Source: Octopus sinensis
Taxonomy: Eukaryota
Assembly (NCBI RefSeq): GCF_006345805.1
Contig: NW_021834596.1
Span: 1-46,663, forward strand
Reading direction: 5' to 3'
Length of the DNA stretch: 46,663 nucleotides
Made by a program: the position numbers and the translations under genes. The notes under the pieces are model-generated. The model did no database searches and was not told the origin of the DNA. It saw only the letters and a program-made list of their open reading frames with translations. Positions 1 through 11,817 of the stretch are shown here, piece by piece (the stretch's first letter is position 1; every line of letters starts with the position of its first letter).

Positions 1-396
1 TATTTATTTTCACTTCCCCATCAATCACACATGCTTTCTTATCTATCTAAACTATTTTAACTAATTTCTATATCTATCTAATTATTTTAACTAATTATCC
101 ATTACCCATCTCGCCTCTCGGTGTATTCATCAACCATCGTGTATTCGCGGTGCACCCGCCCTACACAACCCCACCAACCAATACCGGATATCTCTATATT
201 TTTGCTCCATCCATACCGGATGTCGCTTCTCCCACTACCATAATAGGTGTCTACTCTTCGAACCCCCCTCTTCAATACGTATTTCACCATGCATTACCCC
301 TCTCTTGATATCCTACATTCTACTTGCCTAGAACCTGTCATCATTTCTCTGAACCACCCCTCCCCACTGGTGCTCCCCTATATTTCTGCACCCCCC

Positions 397-648
397 CACA
401 TAAAAAAAGCACCATCCGAACGTGGCCGATGCCAGACCCCTCTGGCACCTGTGCAGGTGGCACGTAAAAAACACCAACAACACTCGCGGAGTGGTTGGCG
501 TTAGGAAGGGCATCCAGCTGTAGAAACTCTGCCAGACTAGACTGGAGCCTGGGGCAGTCCCTAGCTCCCCAGACCCCGGTCGAAACCGTCCAACCCGTGC
601 TAGCGCGGAAAACGGACGTTAAACGATGATGATGATGATGATGATGAT
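397..648 (+). mobile_element. Retroposon (SINE/LINE 3' tail) family D, ending in (GAT)n
   Basis: GGTTGGCGTTAGGAAGGGCATCCAGCTGTAGAAAC...GGACGTTAAAC(GAT)n recurs at 14781, 18415, 29262 and 44815. Confidence 0.75.
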
Positions 649-904
649 AATATGCAATAATATATATACTACTAATATATATATACAAGAGAAGTAAGGG
701 TCTTTTTTTTTTGTAAGGATTTAAATTCCGAAAGGGGTTGAGTTTTGATGTTGATCGTCTAAATCTGGCGCGGACCGTCCTAAGTGTGAGAGCTGGTCCC
801 TCTCTCTCACCCTTCTCGGTAAAAAGTAACTTCTCTCTCTCTCTCCCTCCACACCGTTCCTCCTCCTCCTCCTCCCAGAGTCACACAACACAGGCAGACA
901 CACG

Positions 905-942
<38 letters not shown>

Positions 943-1401
943 ACAGAGTTTAAGCAGTGTTGGAGGATGGGAGAAGGCCTTATGTGATGTGTTTGTGGCA
1001 TATATGTATGTCACTTTGTGCACATATGTGTGTGTGTGTGTTGGGATATGAGAAAGAAAGAGAAAAGTCTTTGTGGAGAGATAGAGAGGGGTGGAAAAGG
1101 AAAAGAGAGGGAGGGAGAAAGAGGTATATGGTGATGGTGGTGGAGGAAGAGGAAGGAGAGAAACAAAGAACAGTCACAGAGAGAGAGAGACACACACACA
1201 CACAGGTACAATGAGGGAGGGAGAGAGTGTGTGTGTGCTTGAAAGAAAAAAAGAGACAGAGAGAGAGAAAGATAAAGGTGGATGGAAGAAGTATGGGGTG
1301 AATAGGGGAAACAGTGAGATGGTGGTGGTGGTGGCAGCGGCGCGGCAATGGCGGGTGGTGGTGCGTGGGGTTGAATAACGGAGAAGAGAGAGGCTCAACA
1401 C

Positions 1402-1582
1402 AGAGCGATTTTAGGGGAAGGTAGTAAGTCGATTACATGGCCCTCAGTGCTCAACTGGTACCTGTTTTTTATTGACCCTGAAAGGATGAAAGGCAAAGTC
1501 TTTGAACTCGTAACGTAGAAAGCCGGAATAAATGCTGCTAAGCATTTTGTGCGACAGAGTAACGATTCTGGAAACTCGCCGC
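1402..1582 (-). mobile_element. tRNA-derived SINE family B, degenerate
   Basis: Carries the GACCCTGAAAGGATGAAAGGCAAAGTC core and TTGAACTC B-box-like motif shared with more than 10 copies in the window. Confidence 0.75.
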
Positions 1583-1649
1583 ATTCTGTATTGTTATAAC
1601 ACTTTATTGATAGAATAGATTTATTGAATAGAATTTACGAATATTCTTT

Positions 1650-1850
1650 TTTCTTCCAGTCATTGGGACTGTAGCCATGCTGGTGCACCGCTTTGAAGGT
1701 GTTACGTGAATAAGTGACTCCAGTACACATTTTTAAAGCTTGCTACTTTTTCAGTCGGGTTGTCTTTACTGAACAGTTAGGTTATGGGGACGTAAACAAA
1801 ACAACACCAGCCGGTCGAGCGGTGAAATGGAGTGGGGATAAACACAAACG
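1650..1850 (-). mobile_element. SINE family A, 3' module, degenerate
   Basis: Similar to CAGTCATTTGACTGCGGCCATGCTGGAGCACCGC...GGGGACGTAAACACACCAGC of better copies. Confidence 0.65.
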
Positions 1851-1942
1851 AAAAGATACGTGCACACATATACACATACATTGGGAACCTCTTTTGGTTT
1901 TGATTCCTTGAATCCCTTTTCTTGAACACCACACGCACACAC

Positions 1943-2065
1943 AAACGTTAAACCCTCCTTCTTTCCTTCTTTCCTGAGCGTCCAATAATACTATATTTTT
2001 TCCACGTCCTCGCGTTGTTGTGTTTTTCTTTTGTGCTTTCATGTTTGGATTAACTATATATATAT
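1943..2065 (+). repeat. Dispersed repeat, Penelope-like pLTR-type remnant, truncated within its hammerhead-like motif
   Basis: Reverse-complement homolog of 8461-8570. It begins at AAACGTTAAACC. Confidence 0.5.
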
Positions 2066-2277
2066 ATGCCCATACACACACAAGGCATATACTTGCATTT
2101 ACATGCTCTACACAGCTCTACACTTACAAACGCATATACATACATATACATACATACATACATATATACACATACATGTATAAATACGCCCACACACATA
2201 CGTATATATGTACGCAACTTCATCTTCATATACACATAGATGTATGCTTACAAATATATTAAACATTTATTCATATA

Positions 2278-2682
2278 TTGGGTTGGCAACTAAGATCCCG
2301 CCGTTTTTTTAAATTTTGGTAATTATTGCGAATCTATTGTTTTTGAGAATTCTATTTTGGAATCCTTTTGGAATTTATTTTATTTTGTTTTTTTTTTCTA
2401 GTTAATTTTAGTTAATTTTGTTTATTTTCAGATCATTAAAATGGAATGTCAAGTTAACAAAAACGAGCATTTTCGACAACCTCCTTCTTTTTGCTTTAAA
2501 TCAAGGCTCTAAGGCCGCAAAGCGCTCGCGACATTTGTGCGTGTATGGAGAGGGTGCTATAGTTGAAAGAACCGCTCCTGATTGGTATGCCAAGTTCAAA
2601 AATGCTTGCTCGTCACCGCTCAATTCATGTACACAAGCAACGATTTCTTTACTGAATCTTTACTGGCGACGAAAATGTTGCC
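2278..2682 (+). mobile_element. Mariner (DD34D-type) 5' fragment with internal deletion
   Basis: TA|TTGGGTTGGCAACTAAG TIR. ATG at 2441 gives MECQVNKNEHF..LLFALNQGSKAAK..VYGEGAIVERTAPDWYAKFKN (frameshifted), joined to LARHR..RFLY*IFTGDE. Confidence 0.85.
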
Positions 2683-2792
2683 TGTAACTCAGTATGAAGC
2701 ATTCTCTCTGTCCTTTCCTTCATCACTGAATGCCTTATTCCGTCCCCTTCAATTACCCCTAGGTACTGGTAGCTCTCCGCTGGGTCTAACTC

Positions 2793-2796
<4 letters not shown>

Positions 2797-2872
<76 letters not shown>
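2797..2872. repeat. (ATT)n microsatellite; tail or target of the adjacent R4/Dong element
   Basis: About 25 ATT units, seen directly. Confidence 0.95.
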
Positions 2873-2875
<3 letters not shown>

Positions 2876-3650
2876 TAGTTTTATTTTATAGCGTGCTTTC
2901 ACTTCACTACGAGCGCAGCTCTGTGTGCTTGGGTATGTGTTGTGATGCCATTGTTGTGATGCTCTGATGGTTATGTATGGAAAGTGGTTCTGCGTAGGAT
3001 GTGTGCAGTGCCTAGTAGTGCAATTTTCTGTATGTTATATGTGTTTGTAAGTCCTGGTGTTTTTGTTATGTATTTGTCTGAATATTTTTTTATCATGCCT
3101 AATGCCACCTACTATGATAGGAATTGTTTCTGTTTTCAGATTCCACATTCTAGTTACCTCTATTTCCAGGTCTTTGTATTTGAGAGTTCTCCATTTCTTT
3201 TTTAGAGACACGTGTCATCAGCCGGTATTGATACATCAATTAGAAAGCATTTTTTTTCTTCATGGTCTCTGACAAATATATCTGGTCTGTTGGCATTAAT
3301 TTCTCTATCTGTGTGTATCGGCATATCCCAGAGTATGGTTGCTTTTCTCGTTTTCTGTGACCTTTTCTGGTGTGTGCCTATACCATCTTTTTTCTGTTGT
3401 TATTCCATAATGTTGGCACAGCTTCCAATGTATGTAGGTTCCAACTTTGTCATGTCCTGTGAATATATCCTTCTAGCCAGGACTGGGCAGCTAAAGAGCT
3501 AATATGATTTATTGTTTCTTGTCCATCTCCACATATTCTGCAGTTACTTGTAATATTCTTTTCATTACATGTTTTTTGTAATTTCTGGTTGGGAGGCTTT
3601 GGTCTTGTGCTGCAATTAAAAATCCCTCTATTTCTGCTTTGAGTCCTGAG
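2873..3650 (-). mobile_element. R4/Dong-clade (RLE) non-LTR retrotransposon 3' end, frameshifted
   Basis: Minus-strand translation gives LKAEIEGFLIAAQDQSLPTRNY, the CCHC knuckle CRICGDGQETINHIISSC, HDKVGTYIHWKLC and the RLE motif ANRPDIFVRDHEEKKCFLIDVSIP. Confidence 0.9.
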
Positions 3651-3724
3651 CTTCTTTTTTTCTTCTTCTTCTTCTATTATTATTATTAATTATTATTATT
3701 ATGATTATAATAATAATAATAATA

Positions 3725-3756
<32 letters not shown>

Positions 3757-3758
3757 CA

Positions 3759-3920
3759 CGACAGGCTTTCTCATAGTTTCCGTCAGCTAAATTCATTCAC
3801 AGGGCATTGGTTGGCCAGGGTATATTGCAAAAGACACTTGCTCAAAGTTTCGGGCAGTAAGAATGAACCCGAAACTACATGTTGCAAAGCGAACTTCTAA
3901 ACCGCACAACCATGCCTGCA
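3759..3920 (-). mobile_element. SINE family A, 5' (tRNA-like) module, degenerate
   Basis: Similar to the reverse complement of the 17014 copy head (AAGACACTTGC, GAACCCGAAAC). Confidence 0.6.
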
Positions 3921-4190
3921 CTTATCATCATCATAATCATTTCCATCTCTCAATGTCGTGATTTATGTGTTCTAAAATGATTGTAGAAACCCTTAAAAGA
4001 AAGTTGAAGGTATGAGATTTGGCGTACAGCTGCGTTCAGCGTTCATGAATCTTCGATATCAGTTTTCTTTTCTCCTTAGACATTTCATTCTATCAGCTTC
4101 CTCTTTTGAAGTAATCGCATCCAACGTGTTATTTGCTCTCCCTGGGACGACAATCAGCTGCATCAGTGGGGACCACCAGAAAAACATCGA

Positions 4191-4413
4191 TATACTTTAA
4201 CGTGTGTGTTGTTGTTGAAACTCCAGAAGCTGCGGTTTCGTCGGAAAATTCCTTATAGAAGTACGTAATTGCATTAAAGAACACAACCTACTTCAGAGCT
4301 TGACGAAACAAAATCGCTGAAGTATAGCGTGTCCTTACACTACGTTTATTGAGGAAATATCCCGGACGAAAACCGCAGCTGCTGGCGTTTTGAATACACA
4401 AAATTTAAGTATA
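4191..4413. repeat. Old imperfect fold-back (MITE-like) element
   Basis: AAACTCCAGAAGCTGCGGTTTCGTCGGAAAATTCC pairs with GGAAATATCCCGGACGAAAACCGCAGCTGCTGGCGTTTT. Weaker complementarity extends inward (CTACTTCAG/CTGAAGTATAG) and outward (TATACTTTAA/TTAAGTATA). Confidence 0.6.
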
Positions 4414-5235
4414 ATGTACTTTAAGTATGATAACACTGTGTAACACGATTCTTGTCCTTGGATAGCAACTGCATTTACTCTTTGCTTAGCTTACCCCTAG
4501 AAAGTTTCAAACGTGGCTAATATTCCCTTAAATCTTTGCTTTTGTTACATTCTTTGTAACCCCCAAAGAATGCCTCTCAACACATGGCTATAATGTTCCC
4601 CCCACTATTCCTAGTCATGATCAGAGAAGCACATAATGTCAGCCGCTATGGGACATGCTCAAGTTGCTGAGGTCAAGTAGAGTTTTTGCTAAAACGATAT
4701 TTCTGCTTCGGCTACTCAGCGCTGATTTTGTCTGAAATATAATGGAAGATAGGTCAGTTTCAAAACATTGCTGTCGAGGTCACAAATGCATGGTTTGAAA
4801 AGAATAGTAGTAGTTTCCTTTGATTTCTAGATAAAAGAAAATAGGAAATAACACTTACTGGTCAAAGCGCCCCACCATTAACACCAAAAAAAGTTTTTGT
4901 TACGCAGTGTAATGCTTTATTATAGATCTACTTCCATTGCATAATTTGAATTTATCAATTTTAAAGATTTAGAATAATTACTTTGGTTAATCCTTGTATT
5001 GCTACCTCGGAGTATAAACTGGACGCGTCCCTTCTTGCCATTCCACCTACGCAGACATCTTAGGCAATCGAAGATCTAGCGTTCTTTGAAGCTGTTAATG
5101 TAAGATTTAAGTCTCAATGCTGTTGAGTTTGGTATGTTTTGTTATTCGTAAACATGGCCGGGAAATGCGCAAGAATGATTGTAGCTTTGTCTGTGGAACC
5201 GTTCCAAACTTATGTCTTTTTTGGTAACACTGTTA

Positions 5236-6530
<1,295 letters not shown>

Positions 6531-6536
6531 CACATA

Positions 6537-6821
6537 CTCTTTTACTCGTTTCAGTCATTTGACCGCGCCTTTAATCGAGCAACTCGACCCCGGGACCTAT
6601 TCTTTTGTAAGCCCAGTACTTTTTCTATCGGTCTCTTTTGCCGAACCGCTAAGTAACGGGAACGTAAACACACCAATGCTAGGGGGACTAACACAGACAC
6701 ACAAGCATACACGCACACACATATATATATATATACATATATACGACGGGCTTCTTTCAGTTTCCGTCTACCAAATCCACTCACAAGGCATAGGTCGGCC
6801 CGGGGCTATAGCAGAAGACAC
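6537..6821 (-). mobile_element. SINE family A, 5'-truncated
   Basis: Both modules are present, separated by an (AC/AT)n linker. Confidence 0.85.
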
Positions 6822-7358
6822 AGAGAAAAAAATCGCACGGATTTAAATCAGAGACTTTTCTCAGACCAAAATTGAATATGCTCCACGATATGGACAATGT
6901 TTGGTTTCAACAGGAGGGGGCAACAGCCACACTTCTCGACGGGGATGGGGATTTTGAGGAATATGTTCCCTGGTCATTGATCTCATTGCGTGGTGACATC
7001 GGTTGGCCCGCCCGTTCACCTGATTTAAATCCGTGCGATTTTTTTCTCTGGGGATACCTCAAGTCAAAGGTATACATTAATCGCCCTCGACCTATTGAAC
7101 AACTTAAAGATGCAATTCGTCAAGAAATTACTGCCATTCCACATGAAATGACCCGCCGAGTTATTGACAACTTTCGTTAACGCCTTCGACAGTGTGTGGA
7201 CAATAATGGATCCCATTTGACTGATTTAATTTTTAAAACATAATGAAACAAAATGGCATTATATGTACTTTTCAATGATAAAAACACTCTTTTGTTTCTT
7301 TACTTCATTTGCCTTTTATTTAACCTACAGATGTGTCAGATCATTTTGCCTGACCCTG
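6822..7358 (+). mobile_element. Tc1/mariner transposase 3' fragment with right TIR (DD41D-like spacing)
   Basis: WFQQEGATA...WPARSPDLNPCDFFLWGYLKSKVY...IRQEITAIP. It ends ATTTTGCCTGACCCTG|TA. Confidence 0.88.
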
Positions 7359-7714
7359 TATATGCGTATATCAATCCTAGTATATGACTGGTATTCATTT
7401 TACTAATACAGGAATAATAAAGTCAATGTCAGCGCCGTCAGTATTTAAACTCGGAATGTGAAGTGAAATTAAATAGCTATCAGTACGATTCCATTAAGTG
7501 CTCGACTAATTCTAAAGTTGGAACAGATCCAGAAGTTTGTCATTTGAACTGAATATAGCATATAACCGATATTTATAAATTTCTAAATCCTTGACGGGGT
7601 TAATGGCAAAATGCATGTGAATGTTCCGTATGCTAGAAATTGCAGTTAGTGTCTTTCAAATTACAGCTTACTAATTTTTAATTTTGTTTTTCTAATTTTG
7701 GCTCAAAGCCTGCA

Positions 7715-8030
7715 ATTTTTAGGTGGGGTGAAGTCGATGACATCGACTCCAGTGCTCAGCTAGAACTAATTTATCGGCCCCAAAACTATGAAAGCGGCAT
7801 TTGAAATCGAAACGCAAATAACAAAAAAAAAATATTATCAATCATTTTGTCAGATGTGCTAAAATGTAATAATATCTTCAAATTTTGGCACAAGGTCAGT
7901 ACTTTTGCTGGAAAGAGGTTGGTTGATTACATCAACCCGAGTGCTCAACTGATAATTATTTTATCGAGCACGAAAAGATGAAAGGTAAAATTAACTTGGC
8001 GGAATTTGAACAGAGAAGGTAAAGAACCGG
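7715..8030 (-). mobile_element. Two degenerate SINE family B copies
   Basis: GTGCTCAACTG, AAAGATGAAAGGTAAA and CGGAATTTGAAC motifs. Confidence 0.6.
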
Positions 8031-8188
8031 AAGAAATATTGCTAATCTTTTTGTTCATCTTCATTAACGATTCTGCTACCCCACCACCTGATTGCAGCCT
8101 ATCATCCTGAAAACGAAAGAAAACGGCAGATAAGTGTTTGTTTTGTGTTTGTGTGTGTGTGGTATATAATATATATATAATATATATA

Positions 8189-8228
<40 letters not shown>

Positions 8229-8460
8229 TATACACACACACATATGCAGCACGAAGTTTTGTCATTGAACGGGTCGCGGACTCAAAGCGACGAAAATATT
8301 TTGACAAATTAAATTTAAATGTTGAAGTGAATCTAACGGTTTTTGTGTGTTTCTTAAATGGCTTATAAACACCTTCCACGCTGCAATTGTTTTCGTCACC
8401 AGCACACGATTTCAGATCAAGTCACTCGCTATGCAAGTACATCTCCGTAATATATATATA

Positions 8461-8662
8461 TAGTTAATCCAAACATGAAACCACAAAGAGAAAACACTAC
8501 TACGCGAGGACGTGGAACAAGTAGAGTGTATTGGACGCTCAAGAAAGGAAAGAAAGAAGGGGGATTTAACGTGTCGAGCGGAGCTCTTCGTGAGAAACAT
8601 AGGAAAAGGAAAGGTCCAAGGAAGGGAAGACGGGAAAAAAATCGCCAACGATACACACGCGG

Positions 8663-8665
<3 letters not shown>
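8461..8665 (-). repeat. Dispersed repeat with degenerate hammerhead-like motif (Penelope-like remnant)
   Basis: Homologous to 1943-2065. The minus strand of 8563-8598 reads GTTT CTCACGA A GAGC TCC GCTC GACA C GTT AAAT. Confidence 0.5.
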
Positions 8666-8697
<32 letters not shown>

Positions 8698-8991
8698 TTC
8701 CAATTTTATTGAATTTTGTGCATTTAAACAAGATGATCCACAATTTTTATATTATTGAATGTTATGAATATTTTAATTATATTTGATATTATTGAAACTT
8801 TTAAACATGTTTTCCTAATTCATAATTTAAATTTTTTACCACTGACAAACAAAAAATAGCGTTGAAACTAGTTTGGTATGTGTGTATATATATTTATTTA
8901 AAAACAATTACAAGTTTTTCAAATTTAGGTGCATTTTCAACAACAAATTTTCCTAAATTTTTTCCTGCGTGGAAATATACCTCCTGTTTTG

Positions 8992-9022
<31 letters not shown>

Positions 9023-9029
<7 letters not shown>

Positions 9030-9221
9030 ATGCTGAAAAATTCCCGCCTCTAGGGTGTCGCGAAAGGCCTGGCTTGAGGCTCAACCTTCCGAGATCTCGT
9101 ACAGGGCCTAGAAAAGCTGAAGGACTGTTAACAATACAATATACATTGTATAAAATCATAACCAACTGATCCTTCTGTATTTCCTTTTACTCAAAGCCAG
9201 GAACTTTTCAGCAACCCCTCG
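9023..9221. mobile_element. Mariner-type MITE
   Basis: TIRs CGAGGGATGCTGAAAAATTCC and GGAACTTTTCAGCAACCCCTCG. TA follows on the right, and the left TA is replaced by (CA)n. Confidence 0.8.
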
Positions 9222-9510
9222 TATACAAGGCAAAAATTCACCTTTTAGATGGGAAAGTGTTTTATTGGGATTTCGTACCAGACAAGCGATGTGAACAATA
9301 AGCAATGTTCTGTTAAATTTCGTTTAGCTATTATGAGTGGACATGGTTATAGTCATAGGAGACAGCTGACATTGAAATTTCTCACCGTCCAACAAACATA
9401 TAAGCAGGAAGTTGACATTACGTACCCGTTTACGGTCGGCCCCCAGATACAAGGACATAAACACCAGATAAGGGTAAGAAGAAAAAACAAAATTATCTAG
9501 CTATATTTTT

Positions 9511-9753
9511 CTGAGTTTCCCGTTGCCGTTCATCGGACAGTTTTTGCTAGCAAAAACTGTTTCTGCTGCTTTAAATAAAGCATATTACTCTACCACTGGT
9601 ATTTGAGTACTCTTTTTTCCACCTTGTTTCACATTTATGTGTTTACTCCGGTAGTACTCAAATACCAGTGGTAGAGTAATATGCTTTATCTAAAGCAGCA
9701 GAAACAGTTTTTGCTAGCAAAAACTGTCCGATGAACGGCAACGGGAAACTCAG
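9511..9753. repeat. Near-perfect fold-back: 101-bp arms, 41-bp spacer
   Basis: 9511-9611 is the reverse complement of 9653-9753 with one mismatch by manual comparison. Confidence 0.95.
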
Positions 9754-9801
9754 AGTAACAGGTTTGTTAAATTTTCTGCTGCTTTAAATAAAGTATATGT
9801 A

Positions 9802-9842
<41 letters not shown>

Positions 9843-9882
9843 TATATATACATATAAATAGTATATATATATTCACTATATA

Positions 9883-9923
<41 letters not shown>

Positions 9924-10110
9924 TTACATATGTATTTCATGTTGTATAAGATGGTTAATTTTTTTTGTTCCATGTATGTTGAACTATATATTATGGACGC
10001 ATGTATAAACATTATTTTTCTGGTTCGCACTGGAGGTCCTTCTTTATGTCGCTATTCGGACACTGTATCTTCCCCTCCCTCCGTCTCTCTCTCTCTGCTC
10101 TCTCTCCCAA

Positions 10111-10181
<71 letters not shown>

Positions 10182-10182
<1 letters not shown>

Positions 10183-10330
10183 GGGAGAATTCACGAAAAA
10201 AAGCAAAAGGCGAAGACAGGTGGTGTAGAAAACAAACAGATGTATTAGTATAACGCTCAGGAATTGAAAAAGTCTTTTATGTTTCGAGCCTACGCTCTTC
10301 CACAGAAAGAAACAAGGAGAGAAAAAATAT
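10182..10330 (-). repeat. Dispersed repeat with degenerate hammerhead-like motif (Penelope-like remnant)
   Basis: The minus strand of 10272-10310 reads TCTTT CTGTGGA A GAGC GTAG GCTC GAAA C ATA AAAGAC. It shares the ACGCTCA(G/A)GAA motif with the 8461 repeat. A truncated relative lies at 10488-10560. Confidence 0.5.
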
Positions 10331-10333
10331 ATA

Positions 10334-10463
10334 CAGGGTGATTGAAAAATCACCATACATAGGAAAAATTTATTTTTTTTATAAGAAACAGTTAAATTTT
10401 TAAAAAACTGTTTCTTATAAAAAAAAAATTGTTCTTATGTATGGTGACTTTTGAATCACTCTG
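10334..10463. mobile_element. 130-bp palindromic Tc1/mariner MITE
   Basis: TA|CAGGGTGATTGAAAAATCACCATACAT...ATGTATGGTGACTTTTGAATCACTCTG|TA. The interior is also self-complementary. Confidence 0.9.
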
Positions 10464-11817
10464 TATATAGTTCCTATTTACAGAAGACAAAAAGCGAAGA
10501 CAGGTGACGGGAACAAGTAGGTGTTTTAGTTTGACTCTCGAGAAGAATGGTAAAAGTCAAAGACAGAAAAGATTGAGGAGGGAAAAAAATGTGTAGGGAT
10601 ATGTATATATTGGAACTGTGGATTTCAGAGCGCAGCAGCCTTCAACCTTTTCTATCGAAGGGGGTTTTTCAACCCAATATTTGCATGTGATTATAGCTTT
10701 AAGTGCTTCGAGATCCACTGTTCCAAAAAATGACTTCACGTTCTTTCGGAAATTTAGAGATTCTTATGACATCAGGTTACACCCACACTAACTTCTCTAA
10801 CCTGCTAACATTGTCTCGTAACTTTGCTGTTCGTCAAATAGGGAACGATAAGTACTCGGATTGCTATGATCCGTGAAATTTTTAATTGTTGTACCTCATC
10901 GTGACCAGAATCTCGTGACTGAAACTTAAAAAGAGACAAAGAGATGTGTATTACTATACTATCACATCTGCTTCGCTTTCCATGTGTAAAGGAAACAACA
11001 TCGGAACGCAAGCACACATATATCCTTACACATACACAGGAGCACGCCTCACTTTTCATCGACAGTTGGTTCCAGAACATGCGGCTAAAGATCCCTAAAC
11101 GAAAAGCATTTCAAAATTCTTAGCCTGTATGTTTTAATAAATGATTTGTACAAGTTTTCACATGTATTTTAGTGTTTCTCTCTGAAGCATTGGTTTTAAG
11201 TGTTTTTTTTGTTTTGTTTTTCAAATTATATGCTTTTTAATGTTTGCCGAGAACGGATGAATCGACTGCAGTTGAGGTTTATTTTTTCCGCTCTTTTCTT
11301 CAAAGGAACAACAAGTCATCGAAAAATAGGTACCTCGGAACTACCTAAGTTGAGGCATGTCCGCATGTATTTCTTGTGGTGTGTATACATACGTATGTAT
11401 GCGGTGGCTTCATTGAACAGTGTTCCAGTTGGTGAAGAGAGAGAGGCTATAATATCTACTACAGGTCTAACTCATGTTTTGAGTACACCATATCCAACGA
11501 TCGTCACAAAGTTCAATATAGACTTTGTTGTGTACACACACACGCGGAATTTGTTTGAATGACGTCCGGCTGAGTGAGGAAGAGAGAATAGTAACAAATA
11601 GATTATCTTCGCCATCACAAAGTTCAGCTATCTCCATATCACATACGAAGTCTTTCTATAAGTTTCTGTCCAAATCTTTTAAATTCTTAATTGTATTCCG
11701 CTTACTTAGTTTTGTGTGTGTGTGTGTGATTGAATATATTATTACATTTTATACTTATACACGTTGTTTTAACTGACCTGCTGTAGGTTAGAACTTTGTC
11801 TTATAGTCACGGTTTAA

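Noticed and set aside
721-1401. ORF cluster and pyrimidine/purine strand switch; possible promoter or 5' UTR
   Set aside because: Built from CT, CA, GA and GGT simple repeats; no recognisable protein or supportable promoter motif.
4112-4270. Protein-looking frame SPWDDNQLHQWGPPEKHRY with nearby splice-like sites
   Set aside because: Short, runs into the fold-back element, and no family is recognised.
4196-4400. CCGACGA/GGACGA motifs reminiscent of hammerhead cores in the fold-back arms
   Set aside because: No GAAA core or stem I at the correct spacing.
9328-9473. Possible exon MSGHGYSHRRQ...HQIR with AG acceptor and GTAAGA donor
   Set aside because: Peptide is unrecognised and its phase (0) does not match the 19783 exon (1); needs RNA-seq.
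10557-11080. Minus-strand ORFs after a polypyrimidine tract
   Set aside because: No consistent open frame or known motif.
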